Origin: Deltaproteobacteria bacterium
GTDB lineage: Bacteria; Desulfobacterota; Desulfobulbia; Desulfobulbales; JAJRZW01
DNA length: 64,000 nucleotides
Direction of reading: 5' to 3'
Assembly: GCA_024275015.1 (NCBI GenBank)
Contig: JAJRZW010000001.1
Coordinates: forward strand, 706 to 64,705
Shown here: piece by piece, positions 18,528 through 27,899 of the stretch
How positions within the stretch are numbered: position 1 is the first letter of the stretch
Layout of the letters: every line of letters starts with the position of its first letter
Notes under the pieces: model-generated
Databases searched by the model: none
What the model was told of the DNA's origin: nothing
Seen by the model: the letters and a program-made list of their open reading frames with translations, nothing else
Program-made: the position numbers and the translations under genes

Positions 18528-21500
18528 TTATCTTTCAGCTTTATGAAAGTTGTAGCTTCCGGACTTCCAGAGAAAATAAATCGCCGGGATGATCACCAGG
18601 GTCAGAATGGTTGATGAGATCAGCCCTCCGACCATGGGGGCGGCGATTCGTTTCATTACCTGGGAGCCGGTTTCGTGACCGCTCATCACCGGCAACAGTC
18701 CGATCAGGGTGGTGGACACGGTCATAAGTTTCGGTCTGACCCTCTCAACCGCGCCGTCGATTATCGCCTCTTTCAACCGTTTCCGGTCGCGGCAGGGTTT
18801 GTCGCCGAAATAACGATCGTAGGCCTCATCGAGATAGACCAGCATCACCACTCCGGTCTCGGCCGCAAGCCCGGCGAGGGCGATGAATCCCACCACCACC
18901 GCCACTGAGACGTTATAGTCGAGGAGGTAGAGGAGCCATACTCCGCCGATCAGGGCGAAGGGCAGTGAACCCATTACCAGCGCGGCCTCGGTCAGGTTGC
19001 CGAAGTGGAGGAAAAGGAGGATGAAGATCACCAACAGGGTTCCGGGGACGATCATTCGCAGGGTGGCGCGGGCCTTTTGCATATACTCATATTGCCCTGA
19101 CCATACAAGGGAGTATCCAGGCGGCAGTTTGATCTCGTGGTCGATGGTCTTTTTCGCCAGCTTGACATACGAACCCACGTCGACCCCGTGGATGTCGATG
19201 AATACCCAGGCGGTGCGGCGACCGTTTTCACTCTTGATCCCGGCCGGGCCCTTGTGGATTTTTATCGTTGCCAATTGTCCCAGCGGGATCTGGGCCCCGG
19301 TGGGCGCGGCGACCAGGATTCGTTTCAACCGTTCCGGGTTATCCCGCAGCCCCCGGGGGTAACGGAGGTTTACCGGGTAGCGTTCGAGGCCTTCAACCGT
19401 TGTGGTGACGTTCATGCCGCCGATGGCGCTCATGATCACTTCTTCCACCGCGGCCACCGACAGTCCGTAACGGGCGATTTCATCGCGGTTGATGACAAAG
19501 TCGAGGTAATTGCCGCCGGTAATCCGTTCGGCAAAGGCGGAGCTGGTACCGGGTATCCGCCGTGCCAGGGCCTCGATTTTGGCGCCGATCCGGGAGAGCG
19601 TTCCCAGGTCCGGTCCCATGATCTTGATCCCCACCGGGGTCTTGATCCCGGTGGAGAGCATGTCTATCCGGGTCTTGATCGGCATGGTCCATGCGTTGGT
19701 GAGCCCGGGAAAACGGATGGCGCGGTTCATGTCGGCGGCGAGTTCGTCGATGGTGATATAGCGTTCCTCCGGCCAGATACTGGTAAGCGGCGGGAATTTA
19801 AGGAAGTCGGGCAGCCAGGAATAGAAACGCCTGATCTTTTTTTTGCGCCAATGGCTCACAAGCCTGGTCTTTACCTCTTCCGGCCAGATGAAGGTAAGGG
19901 GTTTTTTCAGCCATGGGGGCCAGGGTGAGAAGAAACGGTGCACCGGATTTGTCTCCCAGACCTCCTTGGGCTTGAGGGTGATGGTGGTCTCGATCATTGA
20001 CAGCGGCGCCGGGTCGGTGGCGGTCTCGGCCCGGCCGATCTTGCCCAATACGTTTTTCACCTCGGGGAATTTTTTGATGATCCGGTCGGTCTGCTGGAGA
20101 AGCTCCCGGGCCTTGGTTATCGATATCCCCGGCAGGGTGGTGGGCATATAGAGGATGTCGCCTTCATTAAGCGGCGGCATGAACTCATGCCCCAGACGGG
20201 TGGCGGGCAGGAGCGATATCAGCAGCAGGATCACCGCGGCGGTCACCGTGCGCAGCGGGTGGGCGAGGACGTGTTTTATTACCGGCAGGTAGATCCTGAT
20301 GAAGAAACGGTTGAGCGGGTTGGCCTTTTCCGGCAGGAGTTTCTGCGGCAGAAGGGCGAGGTAAACCATAAGTGACAGTGCCATGGCGATCACCAGCCCC
20401 CAGGGTCCGGGGGTATAGCCGAAGATCGCGGCAAGGATGAGCAGGAACACCGGGAGGAGCGATACCGCCACCGTCTGCCATTTGCGGACAAAAAGGGTGG
20501 TCATCCTTTCGCGGACGAACACGGTCATCAGCACCGGGATAATGGTGATCGCCAGCAGGGCAGAGGAAGCCATGGCAAAGGTCTTGGTATAGGCCAGCGG
20601 TTTGAACATCCTTCCCGATTGTTCGCCGAGGGCGAATACCGGCAGAAACGATACGGTGATGATCAACAGGCTGTAGAACAGGGCCGGTCCCACTTCCTGG
20701 GCCGCGAGCGATATGATCTCCGGGTGGCTCATACCGCCGCCCTTTTCGCGGAAATGTTCCAGATGTTTGTGGGCGTTCTCCACCATCACCACCGAGGCGT
20801 CGACCATCACCCCGATGGCGATGGCGATTCCCCCCAGGCTCATGATGTTGGCGTTAAGGCCCATGACCCGCATGATGATAAAGGCCATGAGTATCCCCAC
20901 CGGCAGGGTGAAGATCGCCACCAGGGCGGAGCGGAAGTGGAGGAGGAAAATGATGCAGATGATCGCCACCACCGCCATCTCTTCGACCAGCTTTGATTTC
21001 AGGGTATCAACCGCCCGCAGGATCAGGCCGCTTCTGTCATAGCCGGTTCTTATTTTTACTCCCGGCGGCAGACCTTTTTTCAGTTCCGCGAGCCTTTTTT
21101 TGACCTTGCTTATTACCGCGAGGGCGTTGGCGCCGCTACGCATAATCACGATACCGCCAGCGGCCTCACCGGCGCCGTTAACGTCAAGGACGCCGCGGCG
21201 CAGTTCCGGGCCGAGGTGGATGTTGGCGAGGTTTCTCAGCAGGATCGGGGTCCCCGCTTTATCGACCCCGAGGCTGATTTTTCCGAGATCGGCGATGGAT
21301 TTTATATAGCCCAGGCCGCGGACCATGAACTCGGTCTCACCCATTTCCAGCACCCGGCCGCCGACGTCGCCGTTGGCCGCCTTTATCGCCTTCCTGATCT
21401 TTGCCAGGGAGATGTTATAGGCAAGGAGGCGATTGGGATCGACCTCGATCTGGTATTGCTTGACAAAGCCGCCGATGCTCGCGACCTCGCTGACCCCGGG

Positions 21501-22013
21501 GATAGCGGCCAGTTCAAAGCGCAGGTACCAGTCCTGGATGCTCCGCAATTCCGCGAGGTCATGTTTGCCGGAGGTGTCTTCCAGGGTGTACTCGTAAATC
21601 CAGCCGACTCCGGTGGCGTCGGGGCCCAATGTCGGGGAGACCCCGGCCGGGAGGCGACCGGTGACGAAGTTCAGGTATTCCAGCACCCGGCTCCGGGCCC
21701 AGTAGAGGTCGGTGCCGTCCTTGAAGATGATGTAGACGAAAGAGAGGCCGAAGAACGAGTAGCCCCGCACCACCTTGGCGTAGGGGACACTGAGCATGGC
21801 GGAAGTCAGGGGGTAGGTGACCTGGTCCTCCACCACCTGCGGCGACTGTCCCGGGTATTTGGTCATGATGATTACCTGGGTGTCGGAGAGGTCGGGGATG
21901 GCGTCAAGGGGGATTGAGCGCATGGCCAGAACCCCGGCAATAATAACCGCGATGGTCATCAGCATGACCATGAAGCGGTTTTTGATCGACCATTTTATTA
22001 TCTTTGCGATCAT
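18528..22013 (-). CDS. cusA: CusA/CzcA-family heavy-metal RND efflux pump (with two insertions)
   Basis: 1161 aa with RND/HME signature throughout. About 110 aa longer than typical CusA. Confidence 0.92.
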   Translation of the reverse strand: MIAKIIKWSIKNRFMVMLMTIAVIIAGVLAMRSIPLDAIPDLSDTQVIIMTKYPGQSPQVVEDQVTYPLTSAMLSVPYAKVVRGYSFFGLSFVYIIFKDGTDLYWARSRVLEYLNFVTGRLPAGVSPTLGPDATGVGWIYEYTLEDTSGKHDLAELRSIQDWYLRFELAAIPGVSEVASIGGFVKQYQIEVDPNRLLAYNISLAKIRKAIKAANGDVGGRVLEMGETEFMVRGLGYIKSIADLGKISLGVDKAGTPILLRNLANIHLGPELRRGVLDVNGAGEAAGGIVIMRSGANALAVISKVKKRLAELKKGLPPGVKIRTGYDRSGLILRAVDTLKSKLVEEMAVVAIICIIFLLHFRSALVAIFTLPVGILMAFIIMRVMGLNANIMSLGGIAIAIGVMVDASVVMVENAHKHLEHFREKGGGMSHPEIISLAAQEVGPALFYSLLIITVSFLPVFALGEQSGRMFKPLAYTKTFAMASSALLAITIIPVLMTVFVRERMTTLFVRKWQTVAVSLLPVFLLILAAIFGYTPGPWGLVIAMALSLMVYLALLPQKLLPEKANPLNRFFIRIYLPVIKHVLAHPLRTVTAAVILLLISLLPATRLGHEFMPPLNEGDILYMPTTLPGISITKARELLQQTDRIIKKFPEVKNVLGKIGRAETATDPAPLSMIETTITLKPKEVWETNPVHRFFSPWPPWLKKPLTFIWPEEVKTRLVSHWRKKKIRRFYSWLPDFLKFPPLTSIWPEERYITIDELAADMNRAIRFPGLTNAWTMPIKTRIDMLSTGIKTPVGIKIMGPDLGTLSRIGAKIEALARRIPGTSSAFAERITGGNYLDFVINRDEIARYGLSVAAVEEVIMSAIGGMNVTTTVEGLERYPVNLRYPRGLRDNPERLKRILVAAPTGAQIPLGQLATIKIHKGPAGIKSENGRRTAWVFIDIHGVDVGSYVKLAKKTIDHEIKLPPGYSLVWSGQYEYMQKARATLRMIVPGTLLVIFILLFLHFGNLTEAALVMGSLPFALIGGVWLLYLLDYNVSVAVVVGFIALAGLAAETGVVMLVYLDEAYDRYFGDKPCRDRKRLKEAIIDGAVERVRPKLMTVSTTLIGLLPVMSGHETGSQVMKRIAAPMVGGLISSTILTLVIIPAIYFLWKSGSYNFHKAER

Positions 22014-22022
22014 CGTCGGGCC

Positions 22023-23438
22023 TCACATGTCGTCGAAGAAGTCGTCGCCGTTTTTTGTCGCCGGCGCGATTTTCGTGGCCGGGGCGGCCTTTTTTTCTTT
22101 CTTGGGGGCCAACATTTTGGCCACCGCCTCTTTGAGTTTGCTTTCGCTGTCAAGGAGGAACTGGCCCGATATCACCACCTTTTCTCCCGGGGCGATTCCG
22201 TTCTTTATTTCGACCCGGTCACCTTCGATGTTGACTCCCAGGGTGACCTTGCGGGGGATGAAGTTGTCGTTGTCACCGACGACAAAGACCAGATTCTCGG
22301 TGCCGCTGCGGAGGATCGCCTCGGAGGGGACCACGGTGCCGCTGCGACCGGGATCGCTTTTGATCTCAATGTCGGCGTACATGTCGGGTTTGAGGACCAG
22401 ACCGGGGTTTTTGAATTCAATGCGGATGACCACGTCGCGGGTTTTTTTTTGCAGGTAGGGATAAATATAGGAGACCTTGCCGGTGAAAGCGGTCCCGGGC
22501 TGATAGGGCAGGGTCATCTTAGCTGTCTGTCCCATTTTGATCCACGGCAGTTCATATTCAAAGATATGGGCCTCGACCCAGACCCGGGAGAGATCACTTA
22601 TGGCGTATAAAATCTGTCCCGGCCTGATCGCCGCTCCGGCCACCGCCCGGGTGGAGGTCACCACCCCGGTGTAGGGTGAGCGCAGGGGGATGGTCTTGCT
22701 GACCCGGCCGCTTTTTTCGAGATCCCTGATGGTCTCTTCCGGTACATCCCAATAAAGCAGACGGCTGCGGGCCGCTTTTTTCATCTCGCCGCTTGAGCCG
22801 AGGAGCTCCTCCTCGGCGGTGAGGAGTTGCGGTGAATAGATTTCGGCGAGGAGCTCGCCTTTTTTTACCATGGCGCCGGTGAAATCAACCGTCACCTTCT
22901 CAATCCAGCCGCTGACCTTGGGGCTGAGACGATAGGTGCGGGTTTCGTCATAGGTTATATGGCCGTAGGTGCGGATGGTTCGGACCAGCGGCGCGGTTTT
23001 AGCCCTGGCGGTGCGCAGACCCATGTTCTGCCGGGTCACGGGGTTGATTTTTATTTCCACCCCACCTGCGACCTGATCTTCATAGACCGGAACCAGGTCC
23101 ATCCCCATTTTGCTTTTGCCTGGATGGTTATAGACCTCGGTCGGTTCCATCGGCGCGCGCCAGAAGGCGATCTTTCTCTTTTTGTCTCCGTTTTTAGCGG
23201 TGGAGTTGTCGACCTTGGGGACCAGGGTCATGCCGCAGATGGGGCATTGCCCCGGGGCCTCGGTGACGATCCACGGGTGCATGCCGCAGGTCCAGAGCTG
23301 TTTTTCCTCACTGGTGGCGGTGGTCGCGTTCGACCGCTCGTTGTTGCTGCGACCGATGATGATGCCGGTTCCGGTGGCGATCAGCAACAGGATGACGCCT
23401 CCGATGAGGATCAGTTTTTTGTCAGCAGGGATTTTCAT
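22023..23438 (-). CDS. cusB: RND efflux periplasmic adaptor (CusB-like) with N-terminal heavy-metal-binding domain
   Basis: 471 aa. WTCGMHPWIVTEAPGQCPICGMTLVP motif followed by an MFP barrel/lipoyl region. Confidence 0.88.
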   Translation of the reverse strand: MKIPADKKLILIGGVILLLIATGTGIIIGRSNNERSNATTATSEEKQLWTCGMHPWIVTEAPGQCPICGMTLVPKVDNSTAKNGDKKRKIAFWRAPMEPTEVYNHPGKSKMGMDLVPVYEDQVAGGVEIKINPVTRQNMGLRTARAKTAPLVRTIRTYGHITYDETRTYRLSPKVSGWIEKVTVDFTGAMVKKGELLAEIYSPQLLTAEEELLGSSGEMKKAARSRLLYWDVPEETIRDLEKSGRVSKTIPLRSPYTGVVTSTRAVAGAAIRPGQILYAISDLSRVWVEAHIFEYELPWIKMGQTAKMTLPYQPGTAFTGKVSYIYPYLQKKTRDVVIRIEFKNPGLVLKPDMYADIEIKSDPGRSGTVVPSEAILRSGTENLVFVVGDNDNFIPRKVTLGVNIEGDRVEIKNGIAPGEKVVISGQFLLDSESKLKEAVAKMLAPKKEKKAAPATKIAPATKNGDDFFDDM

Positions 23439-24838
23439 TGCATATCCTCCAGGTTGCGGCCGACAGCGAGGGAAAGTTCGGCTGTGGCTGTTCCCAGTTG
23501 CATTTGCGCCGTTGAAAGGGCGAGACGGTTGTTAAGCCAGGCGTCATCAGCCCGGGTGAGGGCGGTAAAGCTGATACTCCCGGCCTCGAGACCGCGGCGG
23601 GCGACGGCAAGGGCGGCCCGGGACAGGGGGACGACGTGTTCTTTAAGCAGTTTAATCCGCCGCCGGTGACGGTCGGCTGTATCCCAGGCGTCGCGGGCTG
23701 TGCCCCGGGCCCGGTGTTTTGCGGCCTTGACTTTTTCATCGGCCGCGTTTACCGCGAGGCGCAGACGTTCAAGGTAAAAGAGGTTGGCGCCCTTGAATCC
23801 GTCCGTTATCCGTCCGGTGGCGGTCATTTTTTTATCCGTGAACCTGCCGCTGATTTCGCCGCCCATACGTCGCGACAGACCGGCGCTGAAGTCGGGAACG
23901 GCCATGAAACGGCCGAGATCGTACATGGTCGCCAGCGTCAGACGGCGGTTTTTTGCCAGCCGCAGGTCAAGGTTTGTCTGTTCGGCCGCGGCGATCATCG
24001 CCTTTGGGTCTGGCGGCGTCGGCGTTGTCGCCGGGGGGATGAAGGTGAAATGGTCAATGGGGGCAGCGCAGAGTTCGAAGAGGTCGCGGCGCAGGGTCTT
24101 TTCCTCTTCTTCAAGATCGCGGAGCCGGGTGGTGAGTTTTTGTTTTTTTATCCGGATGGCGATCACCTGTCCATAGGGGGTCTTGCCGCTGCTATAGCGC
24201 GTCATGGCGACCTTTTCGAGATCACGGAAAAGTTTAAGACTTTTGCCGGTGAGGCCTTGGGCGGTCTGGTTATGGATCAGGCGGAAATAGAGTTTCCGGC
24301 CCCGGGTTATGGCCCGGGCAATGGTCTTTTCCCTCGCGATTCGGGCCTGTTCCACCTCAAGGGCGGCAAGGCGGCTGCGCAGGCTCGCTGATTGCGGCAG
24401 GGCAAGGTCGGTGGTGGCCATTTTTACCGGCCCGACCCCGGGGGCAAGCCCGGCAGTGAAGGATTGATAGGTGGAAAGGAGGTCGTTGATCGCCTGCTCC
24501 TGGCCGTATGTCTCGATCCTGGCCGCCACCGTGGCCCGGGTGCTTTTAATCGCGGGGTTATGTCTCAGGATGAGGGCGCTTAAACGGTTGAGTTCGTTGT
24601 TGCGGTCAAGTCCGGCCTGATCGATGAACGGGATGGTGGTATCGGCGGCGACAGTGATTTTCGCCGTTTCCAGGGATGGGGCCGCCGGGCGTTCTGTCTG
24701 GGGCATGGTGGCCGGTTCGAGGCCTGCCGCGGCCTCGGGCGGTGCGGCAAAAAGCCGCTTTTGTTCGCCGTAGGTCGCGGCGCAGGCGGGGATGGTGGCG
24801 ACGATGGCCAGAAGCATCAAGGTGGTCCGGATGGTCAT
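23435..24838 (-). CDS. TolC-family outer-membrane efflux protein (second of a tandem pair)
   Basis: 467 aa with a signal peptide and coiled-coil-rich TolC/OEP-like repeats. Overlaps both neighbours by 4 nt. Confidence 0.8.
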   Translation of the reverse strand: MTIRTTLMLLAIVATIPACAATYGEQKRLFAAPPEAAAGLEPATMPQTERPAAPSLETAKITVAADTTIPFIDQAGLDRNNELNRLSALILRHNPAIKSTRATVAARIETYGQEQAINDLLSTYQSFTAGLAPGVGPVKMATTDLALPQSASLRSRLAALEVEQARIAREKTIARAITRGRKLYFRLIHNQTAQGLTGKSLKLFRDLEKVAMTRYSSGKTPYGQVIAIRIKKQKLTTRLRDLEEEEKTLRRDLFELCAAPIDHFTFIPPATTPTPPDPKAMIAAAEQTNLDLRLAKNRRLTLATMYDLGRFMAVPDFSAGLSRRMGGEISGRFTDKKMTATGRITDGFKGANLFYLERLRLAVNAADEKVKAAKHRARGTARDAWDTADRHRRRIKLLKEHVVPLSRAALAVARRGLEAGSISFTALTRADDAWLNNRLALSTAQMQLGTATAELSLAVGRNLEDMQ

Positions 24839-26139
24839 TGTTCCCTGCCTCCACTGGTAATGTTTCCGGCCAGGGCCTCAAGGTCGGCCAGGTCCTGATG
24901 GTAATCGCTTCTGGCCCGGGCCAGTGACAGACGGAAATTATACAGGGTGGCCAAGGCCTCAAGATGTTCGGCCAGGGTCTTTAATTCGTTTCTGGCCGTT
25001 GATTCACTGGTTCCCAATTGCGATATGGCCTGGGGCAGGAGGTTGTCACGGTAGAGGCGCACGGTGCGCCGGTCGTTTTTTATTTTGAAGTACAGCCGTG
25101 TTACCCGGGTTCGGGTCTGGTTTTCAAGGTTCCGTTCCGTCGCCCGGGCCGATTTCTCTTCCGCCTTCGCCCGGGTCAGGCGTCTGGTGTTTTTCCCCAT
25201 CCACAGGGGCAGGGTGAGACCGCCGCTGATTCCCATGGCGTTGCGCCCCGCGTCCGGCGGTGGGCTTGCCACATCGGGGCGGCCGATTTCGGCGTAGAAG
25301 AGCCCCACCGAGAAGTCGGGGAGAAAACCCAGACGCGCGAGGTTCTTTCCTCCGGCGGCGATCTTGATTTTTATCTTCGCGGCCCGGATTTCTTCAAGGC
25401 GGGAGAGGACGAGGGTCTGGAGTCGGTTGAGGTTGAGATTCAGGGGTGGTTCAGGGGCAAGGCGCATTCTGCCGGGAATGCTTTCCGGCTTACGGCCGAG
25501 GAGGGCGTTGAAATTGGCCTTTTCGCCGGTGAGTTGTTCCCGCAGCAGCACGAGATCGTAGCGCCCCTGGGCCTGTTGTGACGCGGCCCGCATGAGATCA
25601 AGGCTGAGGGCCTTGCCCTCCTTGCCGGGGTCGGCGGCAAGGAGGGCGGCCTTTTGCAGCAGGGCAAGATTCTCTGCCGCCAGGGTTTCGGCCCGGCGGA
25701 GATAGACGATCCGGGCGAAACTGCGGCGCAGTTTTCTGATGGTCTCCCGAACGGTTATTTCATAGGCAAGCCGGGCGAGCTCGGCCCGGGCTTCGGCGAT
25801 ATCGGTTTTTTTCGCTAATTTGGCCGGCAGGGGGATCTTCTGGTTTATGGTCAGGCTCCATTCCTGGGGCCCGAGACGGGTTTCAATGGGGTCGGTGAAA
25901 TCGGTGAATTTCGCCTGGGGATCAGGGAGGCTCGCGGCGAGGCGGATATCCTCTATCGCCGCCCGCCATTTGAGCTTTGCCGCCGCGATCCCCGGGTTGT
26001 GGTTCACCGCCTCGCGGATAAGTTTTACCGGAGGTTCCGGCTCTTTCCCGGCGGCGGGAGCGTCGCCGGCATTGGCACCGGTGGCGGCAAGGGCCGTAAG
26101 GAGGATGATGCTGAAGAGGTAAATTTTATTTTTGCGCAT
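24835..26139 (-). CDS. TolC-family outer-membrane efflux protein (first of a tandem pair)
   Basis: 434 aa with signal peptide MRKNKIYLFSIILLTALAATGANA and OEP-like repeats. Confidence 0.8.
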   Translation of the reverse strand: MRKNKIYLFSIILLTALAATGANAGDAPAAGKEPEPPVKLIREAVNHNPGIAAAKLKWRAAIEDIRLAASLPDPQAKFTDFTDPIETRLGPQEWSLTINQKIPLPAKLAKKTDIAEARAELARLAYEITVRETIRKLRRSFARIVYLRRAETLAAENLALLQKAALLAADPGKEGKALSLDLMRAASQQAQGRYDLVLLREQLTGEKANFNALLGRKPESIPGRMRLAPEPPLNLNLNRLQTLVLSRLEEIRAAKIKIKIAAGGKNLARLGFLPDFSVGLFYAEIGRPDVASPPPDAGRNAMGISGGLTLPLWMGKNTRRLTRAKAEEKSARATERNLENQTRTRVTRLYFKIKNDRRTVRLYRDNLLPQAISQLGTSESTARNELKTLAEHLEALATLYNFRLSLARARSDYHQDLADLEALAGNITSGGREQ

Positions 26140-26272
26140 AAGCTTTGTTTGCCTTTGAGGTTTTTAATCAACCTCTAAAGGGTAGCAAAGACGATGCCAC
26201 AGGGTTTTTATTTTATTTTTCTTTTTAAATCATGTAGTTACGCGGATTGATTTTTTTGATGGGTGCTGGAGG

Positions 26273-26311
26273 TGAATAATATTATTCATCTCAAATGGAG
26301 AATATTATTCA
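26273..26311. promoter_or_regulatory. palindromic operator candidates upstream of the Cus-type operon
   Basis: Perfect 16-bp palindrome TGAATAATATTATTCA (26273-26288) and a second half-degenerate copy GAATATTATTC (26300-26310), 134-172 bp upstream of the first tolC-like start. Confidence 0.45.
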
Positions 26312-26408
26312 ATGGTTCGGGGTTGAAGCCGCCCCCACGTAAGATCATGAAGATTAGGTCTCAGTTATTGTGTCCAGGCGTATCGTGATTTGCTGGATTA
26401 CCGCGCCA

Positions 26409-27386
26409 TCAGTGGTTATAGCTGTCGTCGCAGATTAGAAGGAGTTCCTTTTTCGTGTCTTCGAGAACCAGTTTTGCCTCTTCCACGTCGTTGGCGATAT
26501 GGGCTGCCAACTCCTTGATTCCGGAGAATTTCCTTTCGCCCCGGAGGTAGCGGAGGAGGTTGATCTTGATCGGCTGTCCGTAGATATCGCGGTTGAAGTC
26601 AAAGATGTGGGTCTCGGCCATGATTGTCGGATCGTTATTGCGGTCAAATGTGGGGTTGCGGCCGATATTGATTACCCCGCCGTAACAGTGGCCGCCGTAT
26701 GTCACCTGGGCCACGTAAACCCCATGTTTGGGACAGAGGTCTTCGGGTGATATATGGAGGTTGGCGGTGGGGAAGCCGATTTCGGCCGCGCCGCGTCGTT
26801 CTCCCATCTTTACTTCGCCGCGGATCTGGTAGGGCCGTCCCATGAGCTTGGCCACGTCCCGCATCCGGCCTTCACTTACCAGTTCACGGATTTTTGTGCT
26901 GCTGACAAGGATGGAATCCACATGCAGGGCATCTATCACCGTGAGAACGAACCCCTTTTCCTCTCCATGCTTTTTCAGAAAGGGGATATTCCCCTCACGG
27001 CCGCGGCCGAAGGCGTAATCGTAGCCGACCACCAGCTCTTTCATCTTGAGATGGGCGAGGATGGCGTTGATGAAGGCGGCGGCCGGGGTTGCGGCCAGTT
27101 CCCGGGTAAAGGGGAGGACAACCAGGGTGTCGATGCCTGTCTGACGTATGAGCTCCACCTTTTGCTGTATGGTTGAGATCAGTTTGATTCCGCCTGGACG
27201 CAGGATTTTCAATGGGTGAGGCTCAAAGGTTATGGCAACGCTTGCGCCTCTTCGGGCCAGGGCCTGCTGCGCCACCCGCTTAAACAGAAGCTGGTGGCCT
27301 TTATGAACTCCGTCGAAATTGCCGATAGTGACGAAGGCGGGACTGTCCCTGGTTTGAATTTCACTGAATTTATTATAAACCTGCAT
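26409..27386 (-). CDS. ribF: bifunctional riboflavin kinase / FMN adenylyltransferase
   Basis: 325 aa with TIGNFDGVHKGHQ and the C-terminal riboflavin kinase motif PTANL. Confidence 0.93.
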   Translation of the reverse strand: MQVYNKFSEIQTRDSPAFVTIGNFDGVHKGHQLLFKRVAQQALARRGASVAITFEPHPLKILRPGGIKLISTIQQKVELIRQTGIDTLVVLPFTRELAATPAAAFINAILAHLKMKELVVGYDYAFGRGREGNIPFLKKHGEEKGFVLTVIDALHVDSILVSSTKIRELVSEGRMRDVAKLMGRPYQIRGEVKMGERRGAAEIGFPTANLHISPEDLCPKHGVYVAQVTYGGHCYGGVINIGRNPTFDRNNDPTIMAETHIFDFNRDIYGQPIKINLLRYLRGERKFSGIKELAAHIANDVEEAKLVLEDTKKELLLICDDSYNH

Positions 27387-27507
27387 CTTTTTCTGTCCTT
27401 TTATCTGACTGTGTCGGCCAAAGAATAGGTTCTAACAAGATTACTGGCAAGGACAAAAATCTTGACAAGTGGCAGGGAGAATAATTAAAGTCGCTCTCAT
27501 TGTTGCT

Positions 27508-27594
27508 GCCGAAGTGGCGGAATTGGTAGACGCGCTAGGTTCAGGGTCTAGTGCCCGTACGGGTGTGGGAGTTCGAGTCTCCCCTTCGGCACCA
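27508..27594 (+). tRNA. tRNA-Leu (anticodon CAG)
   Basis: Cloverleaf: acceptor GCCGAAG/CTTCGGC, anticodon loop TTCAGGG, long variable arm, T-arm GGGAGTTCGAGTCTCCC, encoded CCA. Confidence 0.9.
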
Positions 27595-27610
27595 TTTTAA
27601 AGCCTTTATC

Positions 27611-27649
27611 AGAGGCGTAACCGGATGCGCGGTTGTGCCTCTTTTTTTT
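27611..27649 (+). terminator. rho-independent terminator after tRNA-Leu(CAG)
   Basis: AGAGGC...GCCTCT stem with an inner AACCG/CGGTT pairing, followed by a T7 run. Confidence 0.7.
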
Positions 27650-27665
27650 ATGTCTTATTGTTGAC

Positions 27666-27841
27666 AGACTCGTAACAATTCCCCGCGTAGGCGTCTTCGG
27701 CGATTTCCGGAAAAAGCGGCGGGCGGCGGGATGCGTTAAAAAACCCCGCATGTCTGAGGGTTTAGCCCGAGTTCGGGGTTTTAGCATCCCGCTGCCCGAA
27801 AATCGCCGTTTTCAGCCGGAGCGGGGGATTGTTACGAGTTC
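27666..27841. repeat. inverted pair of family-B repeats (B3 reverse, B4 forward) forming a ~175-bp imperfect palindrome
   Basis: Left arm GACTCGTAACAATTCCCCGCG...GGCGGGATGC. Right arm GCATCCCGC...GCGGGGGATTGTTACGAGTTC. Confidence 0.7.
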
Positions 27842-27899
27842 ATCATTGTTATTTATTTCGTTCCCCGGTTTCCTGATAAATTCGTAACCATAATCATGG

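Noticed and set aside
18006-18614. 202-aa ORF on the plus strand
   Set aside because: Antisense to the Met/His-rich periplasmic protein gene and the cusA 3' end. No RBS or family resemblance.
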